Assembly: GCA_041660565.1 (NCBI GenBank)
Contig: JBAZWC010000001.1
Coordinates: forward strand, 238,481-302,480
Length of the DNA stretch: 64,000 bases
Direction of reading: 5' to 3'
Source of the DNA: Patescibacteria group bacterium
GTDB taxonomy: Bacteria > Patescibacteriota > UBA1384 > CAJBMM01
Part shown: in pieces, positions 30,326 to 41,285 of the stretch
Position numbering within the stretch: the stretch's first letter is position 1
How the letters are laid out: every line of letters starts with the position of its first letter
Position numbers and translations under genes: made by a program
The notes under the pieces: generated by a model
Databases searched by the model: none
What the model was told of the DNA's origin: nothing
Seen by the model: the letters and a program-made list of their open reading frames with translations, nothing else

Positions 30326-30639
30326 ATTTGATCCACTGTTTCTTTACATAATTTACATATTCTGACATTTTTATTTTCGCCGGTAATTTTGTGCCCAATT
30401 CTGGTTGGTTTGGAGCAATGAGGGCAGACTACCATGATCTTGCTAATACCAATGGGCATTTCAATCTCTTTAATACCACCGTGAGGCGCTGAATTGGTTG
30501 GTTTAAGATGTTTTTTGCTGACATTGATCTTTTCTACCACTACCTTTAATTCCGCCGGATAAGCTTTTAGTACCTTGCCTTGCTTTCCTTTGTCCTTACC
30601 GGTAATCACGATTATATTGTCATTTTTATGAATTTTCAT
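30322..30639 (-). CDS. rplX: 50S ribosomal protein L24
   Basis: VITGKDKGKQGKV KOW motif. Confidence 0.96.
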   Translation of the reverse strand: MKIHKNDNIIVITGKDKGKQGKVLKAYPAELKVVVEKINVSKKHLKPTNSAPHGGIKEIEMPIGISKIMVVCPHCSKPTRIGHKITGENKNVRICKLCKETVDQI

Positions 30640-30647
30640 ATTCTTCC

Positions 30648-30740
30648 TTACAGCACTTCTGGCGCGAGAGAGATAATTTTCATAATGCCTAGGCTGTAAG
30701 CCGTAGCATTTCGTAAATTATTTCGCAAATTTGATTTCAT
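30648..30740 (-). other. 30-aa mini-ORF ending in a recoded duplicate of the rplN C-terminus
   Basis: [30 protein letters not shown]; its ATG overlaps the rplN stop (TAATG). Confidence 0.75.
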
Positions 30741-31114
30741 TATAAAACCTCCGGTGCTAGCGAAATAATTTTCATGTATCCATCTCGAAGCTCACGTGGG
30801 ATGGGGCCAAAAATACGGGTACCCTTTGGCAACCAACCGGTTTTTTCTTTTGTAATGATTACCGCAGCGTTCTGATCAAATCGAATATATGACCCGTCTT
30901 TGCGGCGATAAGGTTTAACCTGTCTAACGATGACCGCTTTTACCACTTGTTTCTTTTTTACCACGCCATTAGGTGTAGCGGTTTTAACTGACGCGGTAAC
31001 GATATCACCAATTTGAGCGGCGGTTCGGGGTACATTGCCCATAACCGTAATAACCTGAAGCTCTTTAGCTCCGGTGTTATCGGCTACTTTTAATCTTGTC
31101 TGAGGCTGAATCAT
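30740..31114 (-). CDS. rplN: 50S ribosomal protein L14
   Basis: [13 protein letters not shown]...GTRIFGP...[10 protein letters not shown]. Confidence 0.98.
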   Translation of the reverse strand: MIQPQTRLKVADNTGAKELQVITVMGNVPRTAAQIGDIVTASVKTATPNGVVKKKQVVKAVIVRQVKPYRRKDGSYIRFDQNAAVIITKEKTGWLPKGTRIFGPIPRELRDGYMKIISLAPEVL

Positions 31115-31407
31115 TCTTGTACTTCCTTGGTGTCATCATCTAATTTGGTTAAAACTTTGGCTGGAGTGATTACTTTACTAACTTTCCATGATTTGTTTTT
31201 GGAAATTGGTCGGGTTTGAACCATCTCAACCACATCACCCACATTTACCGCGTGACCAGTGGTATCTACCATGCGCGTTGAAGTTTTGGAATAACGCTTT
31301 TTGTATTTGGTATTCAAGGCGTCGCGCTTAAGCTCAACGGTGGCGGTGTGCACATCGGCAATTCTAATGACTCTGGCGGCGTTTGATGCGAGTTGATTAT
31401 TGTTCAT
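31111..31407 (-). CDS. rpsQ: 30S ribosomal protein S17 (divergent)
   Basis: GD.V....TRPISK.K.W; operon position; start at MNNNQ. Confidence 0.88.
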   Translation of the reverse strand: MNNNQLASNAARVIRIADVHTATVELKRDALNTKYKKRYSKTSTRMVDTTGHAVNVGDVVEMVQTRPISKNKSWKVSKVITPAKVLTKLDDDTKEVQE

Positions 31408-31606
31408 AGTATTTTTCCTGTAATATCGTATTAATTCGGGCGATATTCTTTTTAATTTTATTAACTTGGCTGGTATTCTTTTCTTTTTGCAAGCTAATGC
31501 CCATTCCAACCTTGTGTAAATCTGCGGATAGATTAGCTAAATCTGCCCGAAGTTGTTTGTCGGTTTTGGCTCGTAATTCAGTTAATTTGGTTTGAATTTT
31601 TTTCAT
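31397..31606 (-). CDS. rpmC: 50S ribosomal protein L29
   Basis: ELR...KK.IARI.T; lies between rplP and rpsQ. Confidence 0.88.
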   Translation of the reverse strand: MKKIQTKLTELRAKTDKQLRADLANLSADLHKVGMGISLQKEKNTSQVNKIKKNIARINTILQEKYYEQ

Positions 31607-31607
31607 C

Positions 31608-32015
31608 TTAATCTTTGGTAATAAATTTTGTATCAACCGGTAATTTGTAGCTGGCTAGGCGCATTGCCTCTTTGGCCACAGATTCGATCACCCCATCCAT
31701 TTCGAACATTACTGTGCCTGGTTTGACCACGACTGCAAAGTGGTCTAGCGTGCCTTTTCCACCACCCATTGGGGTTTCAGCAGCAGATTTGGTGATTGGT
31801 TTGTCTGGGAAAACTCGAATAAATACTTTTCCGCCTCGTTTGATATATCGGGTCATGGCACGACGCGCTGATTCAATCTGACGCGATGTTAACAACCCAC
31901 GCGAGGTGGCTTTTAAGCCAAAGTAACCAAAAATTACTTCACTGCCACGAGTGGCGTTACCCGGCATTTTGCCGCGCTGTTGCTTTCGATGTTTAATTTT
32001 CGCTGGTATTAGCAT
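31608..32015 (-). CDS. rplP: 50S ribosomal protein L16
   Basis: [14 protein letters not shown] and MGGGKG. Confidence 0.97.
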   Translation of the reverse strand: MLIPAKIKHRKQQRGKMPGNATRGSEVIFGYFGLKATSRGLLTSRQIESARRAMTRYIKRGGKVFIRVFPDKPITKSAAETPMGGGKGTLDHFAVVVKPGTVMFEMDGVIESVAKEAMRLASYKLPVDTKFITKD

Positions 32016-32634
32016 CGCTTACTCCTAAATAAATCCATACCTTAACGCCAATTACACCAAAAGTGGTATTTGCGGGAACACAAGCATAATCAATATCACT
32101 GCGTAGCGTAGCCAGGGTAACCGGGCCTTGGACCAATTTTTCGCTACGGGCAATTTCGGCGCCGTTTAATCTTCCACTAACCATAATTTTAATGCCTTTG
32201 GCACCAGCCACAATTGATTTTTCCACCGCTTGTTTCATGGCGCGGCGATACGATACGCGGCGTTCAATCTGGTTTACAATACTTTGGGCAATTAAATTGG
32301 CTTTCAAATCTGGTTTTTTAATTTCTTCGATGTTCAAGCGCATTTTTCCGCTAACAATCTTCTCTAACGAAGCTTTCAAATCATTCACTCCGCTACCGGA
32401 ACGTCCAATGATTAAACCGGGTTTGGCGGTAGAAATGGTGATGATGATTTCGTTAGTGCCACGGGCAATATTAACTGAATCAACGCCGGAATTACGATAT
32501 TTTTTGGTAATTAAGTTACGAATTTTAATATCCGCATGCAAAAGCTCGGCATAATTTTTGTCGGAAAACCATATTGATTGCCATTTATGGTTTAGGGGTA
32601 ATCTGAAGCTTAGTGGATTAACTTTATGACCCAT
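31993..32634 (-). CDS. rpsC: 30S ribosomal protein S3
   Basis: [18 protein letters not shown] and G.IGVKVWI. Confidence 0.97.
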   Translation of the reverse strand: MGHKVNPLSFRLPLNHKWQSIWFSDKNYAELLHADIKIRNLITKKYRNSGVDSVNIARGTNEIIITISTAKPGLIIGRSGSGVNDLKASLEKIVSGKMRLNIEEIKKPDLKANLIAQSIVNQIERRVSYRRAMKQAVEKSIVAGAKGIKIMVSGRLNGAEIARSEKLVQGPVTLATLRSDIDYACVPANTTFGVIGVKVWIYLGVSDANTSEN

Positions 32635-32984
32635 TATGACTCCTTAACCGTTTTTGCGGTGGGTGTTGAAAGTGATAAGTGAATGTGTGACATCTGTTTG
32701 TTGATTCCGCGGGCGCGACCGTGTGATATCATAATCCGACGTTTGATACGTGGGCCTTCATTACAAAATGCCCGAATCACGATTAAGTTATCTGTGGTCA
32801 AACCATTTTCCTTGGCTGTGGCAACCGCTGAATGTAAGGTGTTGTAAATGTCTCTGGCGGCGGTATTTGGCATAAACTGTAATTTAGATAAAGCAACCTC
32901 TGCATTCGTACCTCGAATAGCGTCTAAAATTAGACGAATTTTTCGCGGGGCTGTTTTAACAAATTTGTTTGTTACATTAACCAT
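32634..32984 (-). CDS. rplV: 50S ribosomal protein L22
   Basis: PRK.RL..D.IRG and NEGP..KR. Confidence 0.93.
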   Translation of the reverse strand: MVNVTNKFVKTAPRKIRLILDAIRGTNAEVALSKLQFMPNTAARDIYNTLHSAVATAKENGLTTDNLIVIRAFCNEGPRIKRRIMISHGRARGINKQMSHIHLSLSTPTAKTVKES

Positions 32985-32986
32985 GG

Positions 32987-33268
32987 TTACTCTTTTCTAC
33001 CAGCTTCTGCTTTTTTACCGCTATGGCGTCGGAATTTACGGGTAGGTGAAAATTCACCCAATTTGTGTCCAACCATATCTTCTACCACGTAAACCGGAAT
33101 ATGTTCTTTGCCATTATGGACGCTAAAGGTCATTCCCACCATTTCCGGAAAGATGGTGCTTGAACGGCTCCAGGTGCGAATATTAACTTTTTCGCCCGGT
33201 TTTACGGCTTGAACTTTTTTCAATAATTTCGGATCAATAAATGGTCCCTTTTTTAATGATCGGCTCAT
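32987..33268 (-). CDS. rpsS: 30S ribosomal protein S19
   Basis: [10 protein letters not shown] and [11 protein letters not shown]. Confidence 0.98.
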   Translation of the reverse strand: MSRSLKKGPFIDPKLLKKVQAVKPGEKVNIRTWSRSSTIFPEMVGMTFSVHNGKEHIPVYVVEDMVGHKLGEFSPTRKFRRHSGKKAEAGRKE

Positions 33269-33269
33269 C

Positions 33270-34097
33270 TTATTTATCCCTTCGTCTTACAATCATTACG
33301 CTTGAACGATTGTTTTTATCTCTGGTGCGTTTGCCCAATGCCGGTGCGCCCCAAGGAGTTTTTGGATATTTCATACCAATCGATGTGTTTCCCTCACCAC
33401 CACCATGTGGGTGAGTATTCGGGTTCATTGCTTTACCACGGACGGTTGGTCTAATACCCAACCAGCGTTTGCGGCCGGCTTTAGCGTAAACAATGTTGGC
33501 ATGTTGTGAATTTGATACCTCACCAATAGTGGCATAACAGGTGGAATCAAAGCGTCTTAGCTCGCCACTAGGTAGTTTTACAATTGATTTATTGTTTTCG
33601 TGCGCCAAAACAGTAGCAGATAAACCGGCGCTACGAACCATGGTGCCACCCTGATTTGGCAATAGCTCGATATTATGAACCTGCAAGCCGGTTGGAATGT
33701 TCTTAAGCATCATTGCATTGCCGCTAACTGCTTTAACTTTATCACCAGCTTCGAGTTTTTCACCCACGGTCAATCCTTTTGGTGCCAAAATGTAGCTTAA
33801 GGTGCCGTCATTGTGCTCAAGTAAGGCAATGTTAGCAGATCGGTTTGGATCGTATTCAATTGATTTTACTTCTGCTGGAGCATGATTAGCGCGCTTAAAA
33901 TCAATCATTCGGTATCGACGTTTGTGTCCACCGCCAATGTGTCTAACCGTGATTCTTCCACTATGATTACGACCACCGGTTTTAGTTAAAACAGATAGTA
34001 ACGATTTTGTTGGGGTGGTGGTGGTAATTTCCGAATAATCACGCTTGGTGGAGCCACGCTGTCCCGGTGAGGTTGGTTTAATTAAATTACTTTTCAT
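33270..34097 (-). CDS. rplB: 50S ribosomal protein L2
   Basis: [18 protein letters not shown] and HPHGGGEG. Confidence 0.98.
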   Translation of the reverse strand: MKSNLIKPTSPGQRGSTKRDYSEITTTTPTKSLLSVLTKTGGRNHSGRITVRHIGGGHKRRYRMIDFKRANHAPAEVKSIEYDPNRSANIALLEHNDGTLSYILAPKGLTVGEKLEAGDKVKAVSGNAMMLKNIPTGLQVHNIELLPNQGGTMVRSAGLSATVLAHENNKSIVKLPSGELRRFDSTCYATIGEVSNSQHANIVYAKAGRKRWLGIRPTVRGKAMNPNTHPHGGGEGNTSIGMKYPKTPWGAPALGKRTRDKNNRSSVMIVRRRDK

Positions 34098-34374
34098 TGG
34101 TCTCACCTACGTTAAATTCCGCAATTTTTTGCTTGGCGTTAAGTCTAACAATCGCCTTTGAAATGTTGGCGCGTTGACCAGACTTTTGACCTTGACCCTT
34201 AACTTTACCCTTAATATTAACAATATTGACTGAAATTGGATCTACTTTGTACATTTTTTTCACAAAGCTTTTAACCTGACCTTTAGTGGCATCTTTAGAT
34301 ACGCTAAAAGTGTACTGGTTTTCTTCAACCAATTTCAGACTCTTTTCGCTAATATGAGCGGTGATATTATTCAT
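34087..34374 (-). CDS. rplW: 50S ribosomal protein L23
   Basis: SEKS...YTF.V...ATK...KAIV.L. Confidence 0.93.
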   Translation of the reverse strand: MNNITAHISEKSLKLVEENQYTFSVSKDATKGQVKSFVKKMYKVDPISVNIVNIKGKVKGQGQKSGQRANISKAIVRLNAKQKIAEFNVGETNEK

Positions 34375-35062
34375 GTTTAGCCTTGCTCTTTGACTTTACT
34401 TCGTCAGATGGAGTAACAGCGGTGGTATCTTCTACGATTTTTTTGGATTTTGCTTCTTCTAGGGGTAAGATTGACTTAATTATTTCGCTGTCAATTACAA
34501 TTTTACGGGCAGACATTACGTCAATGATGTTAAAATGCTGGCCAAAGACGATTTTGACAAACGGAATATTGCTTAAACTAAGGGCAATCTCGGCTTTTTC
34601 CGGCAATACTACCAGAGTTTTAACTCCATCAATTCCGATTGATTTTAACCAACTAACTGCTTCTTTGGTTTTAGTAAAAGTTGGATAATTTTCTATCGCA
34701 ATTACGTTACTGTGATCAATTTGTTGATACCACGCCTTTAAACTGGCTAGCTGGCGCACTTTTTTAGGCAAACGAGTGGCAAATGAGTTAATAGATAGCG
34801 GACCAAAGGTTACACCACCACCGCGCCACAATGGCGAACGGCTTGAGCCGGCTCTAGCACGGCCAGTACCTTTTTGTTTCCAAGGTTTAATTCCACCACC
34901 ACTAACCGCACCGCGATCTTTGGTGTGCGCTACCGGTTGTCTAAGTGAATTCTGAATAAATCTAACCGTATCGGTTACCACCGCATCAGATACTTCTGAC
35001 ACGTCGGCCATAACCAACTCTTTAACCGATTTACCCTGATTATTTATAACTGCTAACTTCAT
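34367..35062 (-). CDS. rplD: 50S ribosomal protein L4
   Basis: [26 protein letters not shown]. Confidence 0.97.
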   Translation of the reverse strand: MKLAVINNQGKSVKELVMADVSEVSDAVVTDTVRFIQNSLRQPVAHTKDRGAVSGGGIKPWKQKGTGRARAGSSRSPLWRGGGVTFGPLSINSFATRLPKKVRQLASLKAWYQQIDHSNVIAIENYPTFTKTKEAVSWLKSIGIDGVKTLVVLPEKAEIALSLSNIPFVKIVFGQHFNIIDVMSARKIVIDSEIIKSILPLEEAKSKKIVEDTTAVTPSDEVKSKSKAKHE

Positions 35063-35676
35063 TGCATAATTCCTGTAATTTCAACGGTGCCGCCCTTTGG
35101 CCCTGGCACTGAACCGCGAATTGAAAATAAATTATTTTTGGTATCAACTGCCACTAATTCTAATTTTTTAACCGTGGTACGCACATGACCCATATGTCCG
35201 GGCAGTTTTTGACCTTTCAAAACACGCTGTGGGAACATTCCACCAATGGAACCAGGGGCGCGGTGATGATCTGAGCCGTGAGTTTCCGGACCGCGACTAA
35301 AGTGATGACGTTTGATAACGCCGGCAAATCCTTTACCTTTACTAACCGCAGAGATTTCAACTTGTTTGATCTCGGTAAAAGAGGTTGAATCAACTTTAGC
35401 ACCAACTTTTACTTTTTGGTCTTCTTCATCAATTCGAATTTCAGACACGATTTTTGGTTTGGTCTCGGTGGCCTTGAAATGACCGGTTTGAGCTTTGTTT
35501 AACTTTGCACCATCACCAAACCCAATTTGTGCAGCCATATACCCATCTTTAGCCATGGTTTTAACTTGGGTAACCACGCCTTTATAGGTTTCAATTACCG
35601 TAACCGGAACTACCGTTCCATCAGTTAAGAACAGTTGGGTCATTCCGATTTTTTTTCCGATAATATATGGCTTCAT
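35059..35676 (-). CDS. rplC: 50S ribosomal protein L3
   Basis: [16 protein letters not shown] and R.PGSIG; start at MKPY. Confidence 0.97.
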   Translation of the reverse strand: MKPYIIGKKIGMTQLFLTDGTVVPVTVIETYKGVVTQVKTMAKDGYMAAQIGFGDGAKLNKAQTGHFKATETKPKIVSEIRIDEEDQKVKVGAKVDSTSFTEIKQVEISAVSKGKGFAGVIKRHHFSRGPETHGSDHHRAPGSIGGMFPQRVLKGQKLPGHMGHVRTTVKKLELVAVDTKNNLFSIRGSVPGPKGGTVEITGIMQ

Positions 35677-35761
35677 TTTTGCACCTATGATCCTAGCCCT
35701 TAGACTTTGTCCCACTTGGGGACTAGTTTCCGAAGGGCGAGGTAACTACTGTTAAACTTAC

Positions 35762-36088
35762 TTACATTTTAATTTCTACGTCGACGCCAGCGGGTAAATC
35801 CAAACTCATTAACGCGTCGATAGTTTTACTGGTGGGTTCAATAACATCAATTAATCTCTTGTGAATCCGCATTTCGAACTGTTCTCGGGAATCTTTGTGC
35901 ACATGAGGTGATCGAATAACGGTGATTGATTTTTTATCAGTTGGCAATGGTACTGGCCCGATAATACTGGCTCCGGTACGCTCGGCTGTCTGAATAATCT
36001 GACTTGACGATTTATCGATGATTCGATAGTCGTACGCCTTCAGTCGTATTCGGATGCGCTGTTTTGTAATGTCGGGTGTCTTTGTCAT
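35762..36088 (-). CDS. rpsJ: 30S ribosomal protein S10
   Basis: [16 protein letters not shown] and SREQFE. Confidence 0.98.
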   Translation of the reverse strand: MTKTPDITKQRIRIRLKAYDYRIIDKSSSQIIQTAERTGASIIGPVPLPTDKKSITVIRSPHVHKDSREQFEMRIHKRLIDVIEPTSKTIDALMSLDLPAGVDVEIKM

Positions 36089-36108
36089 GTCTCAATCAAT
36101 AGTTTAAT

Positions 36109-37293
36109 TTATTTGTTAATTTTGGTAACCATTCCGGCGCCAACAGTGTGTCCACCTTCACGAATGGCGAATCTCATGCCCTCTTCCATGGCAATAGGAA
36201 CAATCAATTTAACTTCAATCTTTACGGTATCACCAGGCATAACCATTTCGGTGTCGGCAGGTAAAATAACTTCGCCGGTTACGTCTGTGGTACGAATGTA
36301 AAACTGTGGTTTGTAACCCTTGAAGAATGGAGTATGACGTCCGCCTTCCTCTTTGGTTAAGATATACACTTCAGCGTTAAATTCGGTGTGAGGAGTGATG
36401 GAACCAGGCTTGGCCAAAACTTGCCCGCGTTCGATGTCGTCTCGCTCAATACCGCGTAGCAATACACCAACGTTGTCTCCGGCACGACCTTCATCTAGTA
36501 ATTTCTTGAACATTTCTACACCGGTAACCGTGGTTTTCTTGGTTGGACGAATACCGACAATTTCAATTTCTTCGTTTACTTTAACTTGTCCGCGTTCGAT
36601 ACGACCGGTGGCAACGGTGCCACGACCTTTGATTGAGAAAACGTCTTCTACCGGCAATAGGAATGGTTTGTCTAATTCGCGCACTGGCTCTGGGATGTAT
36701 TCGTCAAGCGACTTCATTAGGGCCATAATATTGTCTTCTTCTTTGGCATCACCTTCTAAGGCTTTTAAGGCTGAACCGCGGATAATAGGCGCGTTATCGC
36801 CATCATATTCGTATTTGGACAATAGTTCGCGAACTTCCATCTCTACTAAATCAAGTAGTTCTGGGTCGTTAACCATGTCGCACTTGTTCATAAACACTAC
36901 AATACGAGGCACACCAACTTGGTGAGCTAACAAAATGTGCTCACGAGTTTGTGGCATTGGGCCGTCGGTGGCAGCAACCACTAGGATAGCGCCATCCATT
37001 TGAGCAGCACCAGTAATCATGTTTTTAACGTAGTCAGCGTGACCCGGACAGTCAACGTGGGCGTAGTGACGCTTTTCGGTCTCATACTCTTGGTGAGAGG
37101 TGGCAATGGTAATACCACGTGCCTTCTCTTCAGGAGCGTTATCGATCTCGTCAAACTTACGGGCGGTGGCTAAACCTTTTTTAGCTAACACATGGGTGAT
37201 AGCAGCGGTTAAGGTTGTTTTGCCGTGGTCAACGTGTCCAATGGTACCCACATTTACGTGTGGTTTGGATCGTTCAAATTTCTCTTGAGCCAT
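36109..37293 (-). CDS. tuf: Elongation factor Tu
   Basis: [17 protein letters not shown] and NKCD. Confidence 0.99.
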   Translation of the reverse strand: MAQEKFERSKPHVNVGTIGHVDHGKTTLTAAITHVLAKKGLATARKFDEIDNAPEEKARGITIATSHQEYETEKRHYAHVDCPGHADYVKNMITGAAQMDGAILVVAATDGPMPQTREHILLAHQVGVPRIVVFMNKCDMVNDPELLDLVEMEVRELLSKYEYDGDNAPIIRGSALKALEGDAKEEDNIMALMKSLDEYIPEPVRELDKPFLLPVEDVFSIKGRGTVATGRIERGQVKVNEEIEIVGIRPTKKTTVTGVEMFKKLLDEGRAGDNVGVLLRGIERDDIERGQVLAKPGSITPHTEFNAEVYILTKEEGGRHTPFFKGYKPQFYIRTTDVTGEVILPADTEMVMPGDTVKIEVKLIVPIAMEEGMRFAIREGGHTVGAGMVTKINK

Positions 37294-37322
37294 TTTGCTC
37301 TCCTTATTAACTTTACTATTTA

Positions 37323-37351
37323 ACTATAACTTATATTGATTAAAACGTCAA
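37323..37351 (-). promoter_or_regulatory. Internal promoter for tuf-S10
   Basis: TTGACG-17nt-TATAGT. Confidence 0.7.
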
Positions 37352-37364
37352 CACTTTTAGACTT

Positions 37365-39437
37365 TTACTTAACTTTACCGGAAATAATGTCTAGTTGGAT
37401 GTTAGCTGGGACTGATTCGTAATGGTCAAATTCCATCGAATATGACGCTCGGCCCTGAGACATCGATCGCAATGTGGTGGCATATCCAAACATGCTTGAA
37501 AGCGGCACGGTTGCATCGACAATTTTGGCGGTGCCACGCTCGGTCATCTGCTGAATTTGACCACGCTTGGCGTTCAAATCACCAATCACATCGCCCATAA
37601 AATCTTCCGGAGTAGTCACTTCAACCTTCATAATTGGCTCCAAAATGGTTGGATTTGCCTTTTTAACCGCATCTTGCAATGCCATTGAACCGGCAATTTT
37701 GAATGCCATTTCAGACGAGTCAACTTCGTGAAAAGTACCGTCAAATAAGGTAACGTGTAGGCCTTCAACCGGATATCCGGCAATAACGCCTTTTTCCATC
37801 GCTTCTTTAACGCCTTGCTCAACCGCCGGAATGTATTCTTTAGGAATAGCACCACCGACAATTTTATTCTCAAACTCCAGACCTTGGCCGGATTCGTTAG
37901 GTTTGACGCGCAAATAAACATGCCCGTACTGGCCACGACCACCCGACTGACGGATAAACTTGCCTTCTTGCTCTACTTCGCTGCGTACGGTCTCTTTGTA
38001 GGCCACCTGAGGCTTACCAGAGGTTACCTCTACCTTAAACTCGCGGCGCATTCTATCTACAATAATTTCCAAATGCAGCTCGCCCATTCCGGACAAAATT
38101 GTCTGGCCGGTTTCTTGGTTAGATTTAACTCTTAATGTTGGATCTTCCTCGACTAATCGAGCAATAGCCACACCCATTTTTTCTTGGTCGGCTTTGGTTT
38201 TTGGCTCAACTGCCATATCGATAACCGGCTCTGGGAAGGTTATGGATTCCAATCTAACTTGATTATCGCTGTCGCACAACGTATCACCGGTTCGAGTGGC
38301 TTTTAAGCCAACCGCAGCGGCAATATCACCGGAATAAACTTCGTTTACATCTTCGCGATGATTGGCGTGCAAACGCACAATGCGACCAATACGTTCTTTT
38401 TCACCGTTAGTAGTGTTAACCACGTATGATCCTGATTTCAAGATGCCACGATATACGCGGAAGAAAATTAATTTACCCACAAACGGATCTGCAGCAACTT
38501 TAAAAGCCAAGCCCACAAATGAACCGTTATCATCGGTTTTAACTTCAATGTCGGCATCGGTTTTAAGATCTACACCCTTAACCTGCGCAACATCATGAGG
38601 AGATGGCAAATAGGCCACCACAGCGTCTAGCAACGTTTCTACGATCACACCGCGGCCATCTCCACCCATCACCGGGTAGAAATCACCTTTAATGACGCTT
38701 TTGCGAATGGCTGTTTTTAATTCGTCGTCGGTTAGCTCTTCGCCATTTAAATATTTTTCCATCGCCGTGTCATCGGCTTCAACCGCTTTTTCTAGTAGTT
38801 CGGTACGATATTTCTCTACTTCATCTACCATACTAGACGGAATTTCGGTCTCAACCAACTCGTGATCGGTATAATCTTTATAGGTATAAGCTTTTCGCGC
38901 CACTACATCTACCACACCGTTAATGCTTTGTTCAAAGCCAATTGGCAGCTGAATTGGAAAAGTGTTTTTAGATAAGCGTTCGCGAATAGAGGCCAGTGAT
39001 TTATAGAAATCGCCGCCGGTTTGGTTAATTTTATTGATAAAGCAAATACGCGGAACGGTATATTTGTCTGCTTGACGCCAAACAGTCTCGGATTGTGGCT
39101 CTACCCCCATTTTGCCATCAAAAATGACCACTGCGCCATCTAGTACGCGCAATGATCGTTCTACCTCAACGGTAAAGTCAACGTGTCCCGGGGTGTCAAT
39201 AATGTTAATACGATGATTTTTCCAATAACAGGTGGTGGCAGCAGAGGTGATGGTAATACCGCGCTCGCGCTCTTGCTCCATCCAGTCCATGGTTGCTTCG
39301 CCTTCATGCACTTCGCCGATTTTATGCACTTTACCGGTACGATACAAAATACCTTCGGTAACAGTAGTTTTACCGGCATCAATATGGGCGATGGTGCCAA
39401 TGTTACGAGTTAATTCAATTGAAACTTCGCGTGCCAT
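37365..39437 (-). CDS. fusA: Elongation factor G
   Basis: [30 protein letters not shown] and QSGGRGQYG. Confidence 0.98.
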   Translation of the reverse strand: MAREVSIELTRNIGTIAHIDAGKTTVTEGILYRTGKVHKIGEVHEGEATMDWMEQERERGITITSAATTCYWKNHRINIIDTPGHVDFTVEVERSLRVLDGAVVIFDGKMGVEPQSETVWRQADKYTVPRICFINKINQTGGDFYKSLASIRERLSKNTFPIQLPIGFEQSINGVVDVVARKAYTYKDYTDHELVETEIPSSMVDEVEKYRTELLEKAVEADDTAMEKYLNGEELTDDELKTAIRKSVIKGDFYPVMGGDGRGVIVETLLDAVVAYLPSPHDVAQVKGVDLKTDADIEVKTDDNGSFVGLAFKVAADPFVGKLIFFRVYRGILKSGSYVVNTTNGEKERIGRIVRLHANHREDVNEVYSGDIAAAVGLKATRTGDTLCDSDNQVRLESITFPEPVIDMAVEPKTKADQEKMGVAIARLVEEDPTLRVKSNQETGQTILSGMGELHLEIIVDRMRREFKVEVTSGKPQVAYKETVRSEVEQEGKFIRQSGGRGQYGHVYLRVKPNESGQGLEFENKIVGGAIPKEYIPAVEQGVKEAMEKGVIAGYPVEGLHVTLFDGTFHEVDSSEMAFKIAGSMALQDAVKKANPTILEPIMKVEVTTPEDFMGDVIGDLNAKRGQIQQMTERGTAKIVDATVPLSSMFGYATTLRSMSQGRASYSMEFDHYESVPANIQLDIISGKVK

Positions 39438-39484
39438 TATCTCTCCTCAGGTGTTATTTACACAAAATCCCCTCTTAAGAGTAA

Positions 39485-39513
39485 ATAATAACACACCCGT
39501 GTTCAAAAGTCAA
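39485..39513 (-). promoter_or_regulatory. fusA promoter, back-to-back with the cassette promoter
   Basis: TTGACT-17nt-TATTAT. Confidence 0.7.
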
Positions 39514-39520
39514 AATGTTA

Positions 39521-39548
39521 TTGACAATTTTATAAATAGTTCTATACT
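39521..39548 (+). promoter_or_regulatory. Cassette promoter 1
   Basis: TTGACA-16nt-TATACT. Confidence 0.7.
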
Positions 39549-39584
39549 TATCATCAGTACGCTACCTGACCGGAGGTGGATGAG

Positions 39585-40007
39585 ATGAGCATTATGGAGG
39601 GCAAGATCGTATGGCACCTCGATTCGAATCTGCAGACTCGTCGGATCATCTGCAGTAACCTAGAGCGATTGGGATGCATCGTAGTCGGGTTTAATAACAC
39701 CGACGAGATAATCGATCGCCTTGGCGCAATTGAAGCCAATCAGTTGCCGTCAGCGGTTATCACCGAGGTTGCCGGTACCACCGGCAAAGCCGATTTCGCA
39801 ATTCTCTCGATGTTGCGTCGAAACCAGCTTACTCAGAATGTCCCAATCCTGGTGCTGACCGAATGCACTAATGACCAAGACGTGTCCGACGGCTGGCAAC
39901 TTGGCGCTGACTGTATCTTGTCGAAGCCGTTCAACCCGATGGAGGTGTCGGCTGTCCTCAGACGGTTCTTCAAATCGCTCGAGGAGTACCCGCCCGAGCC
40001 TGTATGA
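39585..40007 (+). CDS. Single-domain pseudo-receiver (CheY-like) with Glu at the phospho-Asp position
   Basis: PILVLT, GAD..LSKPF.P.E and AVITE in place of IILD; GGAGG SD. Confidence 0.8.
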   Translation: MSIMEGKIVWHLDSNLQTRRIICSNLERLGCIVVGFNNTDEIIDRLGAIEANQLPSAVITEVAGTTGKADFAILSMLRRNQLTQNVPILVLTECTNDQDVSDGWQLGADCILSKPFNPMEVSAVLRRFFKSLEEYPPEPV

Positions 40008-40017
40008 CCAGCCCCAG

Positions 40018-40053
40018 CTCCGCAGACGCGCGCCGTTTGCGGAGATGTTTTAT
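40018..40053 (+). terminator. Intrinsic terminator abutting the next promoter
   Basis: CTCCGCAGACG/CGTTTGCGGAG stem followed by ATGTTTTAT. Confidence 0.7.
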
Positions 40054-40054
40054 A

Positions 40055-40082
40055 TTGACAAATTACATAATAATCCTATACT
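40055..40082 (+). promoter_or_regulatory. Cassette promoter 2
   Basis: TTGACA-16nt-TATACT. Confidence 0.7.
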
Positions 40083-40127
40083 GGTGTCATCTGGCTGTAG
40101 CGCACCACACAGGGGAGGTAAGGCAAA

Positions 40128-40538
40128 ATGGCCGTGAACCTTAAGGGCAAGCAAGTGCTGTATGTCGTCAACGGCGTTGATATACAATACGCCTGGATTC
40201 TCAACTACGTGACGTCTGAACTCGGCGCGGCCACGTTGCTGTCGTTTCAGGACGCGGTGAGTATGATCAATCACTCACCTGACCCCGAAAGAGTGGGGGT
40301 GGTATTCTACCTAACCGGACCGTCAGACTTCCCCGGCATGAACACGGTGCGTTACCTGGCGCAACTGGGCTACCGGGTCATTGTTATCGGGCAGTCTTCC
40401 GAGGTGATATATGGCGTGTGGGCTGGCCTTGCTGGCGCTGTCGCTTTCATCCCAACTGGACACTTGGACTGCGCCTGCGTTAAAGAAGCGATTAGGGTCG
40501 CTTTCATGACCGAGATCGCAACGCCTGTTCCGGCCTGA
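40128..40538 (+). CDS. Highly degenerate receiver-fold protein
   Basis: (beta/alpha)5-like pattern (QVLYV, G...VR.L, VIVIG, AGAVAFI) without Asp or Lys; GGGGAGG SD. Confidence 0.6.
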   Translation: MAVNLKGKQVLYVVNGVDIQYAWILNYVTSELGAATLLSFQDAVSMINHSPDPERVGVVFYLTGPSDFPGMNTVRYLAQLGYRVIVIGQSSEVIYGVWAGLAGAVAFIPTGHLDCACVKEAIRVAFMTEIATPVPA

Positions 40539-40563
40539 CCCACGCACACCCATCTCCACCTCG

Positions 40564-40600
40564 TCTCCGCACGCGCCAGTCGCCTGCGGAGATGTTTTTT
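40564..40600 (+). terminator. Intrinsic terminator abutting the next promoter
   Basis: TCTCCGCA/TGCGGAGA stem followed by TGTTTTTT. Confidence 0.7.
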
Positions 40601-40601
40601 A

Positions 40602-40629
40602 TTGACAAAACGCAACATTACTCTATAAT
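40602..40629 (+). promoter_or_regulatory. Cassette promoter 3
   Basis: TTGACA-16nt-TATAAT. Confidence 0.75.
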
Positions 40630-40631
40630 TA

Positions 40632-41240
40632 ATGCCATCAACCGTACCTGCACAACCTAGGTCTTCCGTTCTGGACCAGAGAGGATATCGCGCGATGGGG
40701 TCATTTCGGATCAGTCAAGCAGACGCCGAGGAAATGCATCACCTTCTCGAATCGCTAATCCGGCTACATGATAACAGACCGCTTCCGAATGGCGTGTCAC
40801 TGGACACTATTGTCAGACGAGCCAGATCGGTTCACGGTCGCATCGGCTGCCTGCGCAACAGGAAAAAGGCGCTGCTAAACGCGCCGATATTCTCGAACTT
40901 GATGGTGGTCGAACACCCGTTTAGCGGCCGAACGGTGGTATTGGCGGAGCGCTCCAATATGGTCTCACGCGAAACGTCGCTTGAGTCCACGTTGGACCTT
41001 GCCAATGAGATCTGCATGATCTACCGAATCCCCCTCGATCAGCTAGACTGGTACGAGCGGGATCAGCCGGTAACATCGGGTCAGACCCCCAAGCAAGCGG
41101 ACGTCCGCTGCTTCTCGGTCATCTTCCAGATTGTGGACGGGCGGCTGGATAGTTTCTCCCGTGTTGCGCTATCCAGCGACGAGCTCGCAACTCGCACCCT
41201 GGGCCTGGAGTTTGCCAAGCGGCTCTCGCCAGTGTTCTAG
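40632..41240 (+). CDS. Hypothetical GC-rich protein (start may be the ATG at 40695, after AGAGGA)
   Basis: Long ORF between a promoter and a terminator; no family recognised. Confidence 0.65.
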   Translation: MPSTVPAQPRSSVLDQRGYRAMGSFRISQADAEEMHHLLESLIRLHDNRPLPNGVSLDTIVRRARSVHGRIGCLRNRKKALLNAPIFSNLMVVEHPFSGRTVVLAERSNMVSRETSLESTLDLANEICMIYRIPLDQLDWYERDQPVTSGQTPKQADVRCFSVIFQIVDGRLDSFSRVALSSDELATRTLGLEFAKRLSPVF

Positions 41241-41285
41241 GACACATCAACCATATCGTGCCGAGACGATCACCACCAACCAACA

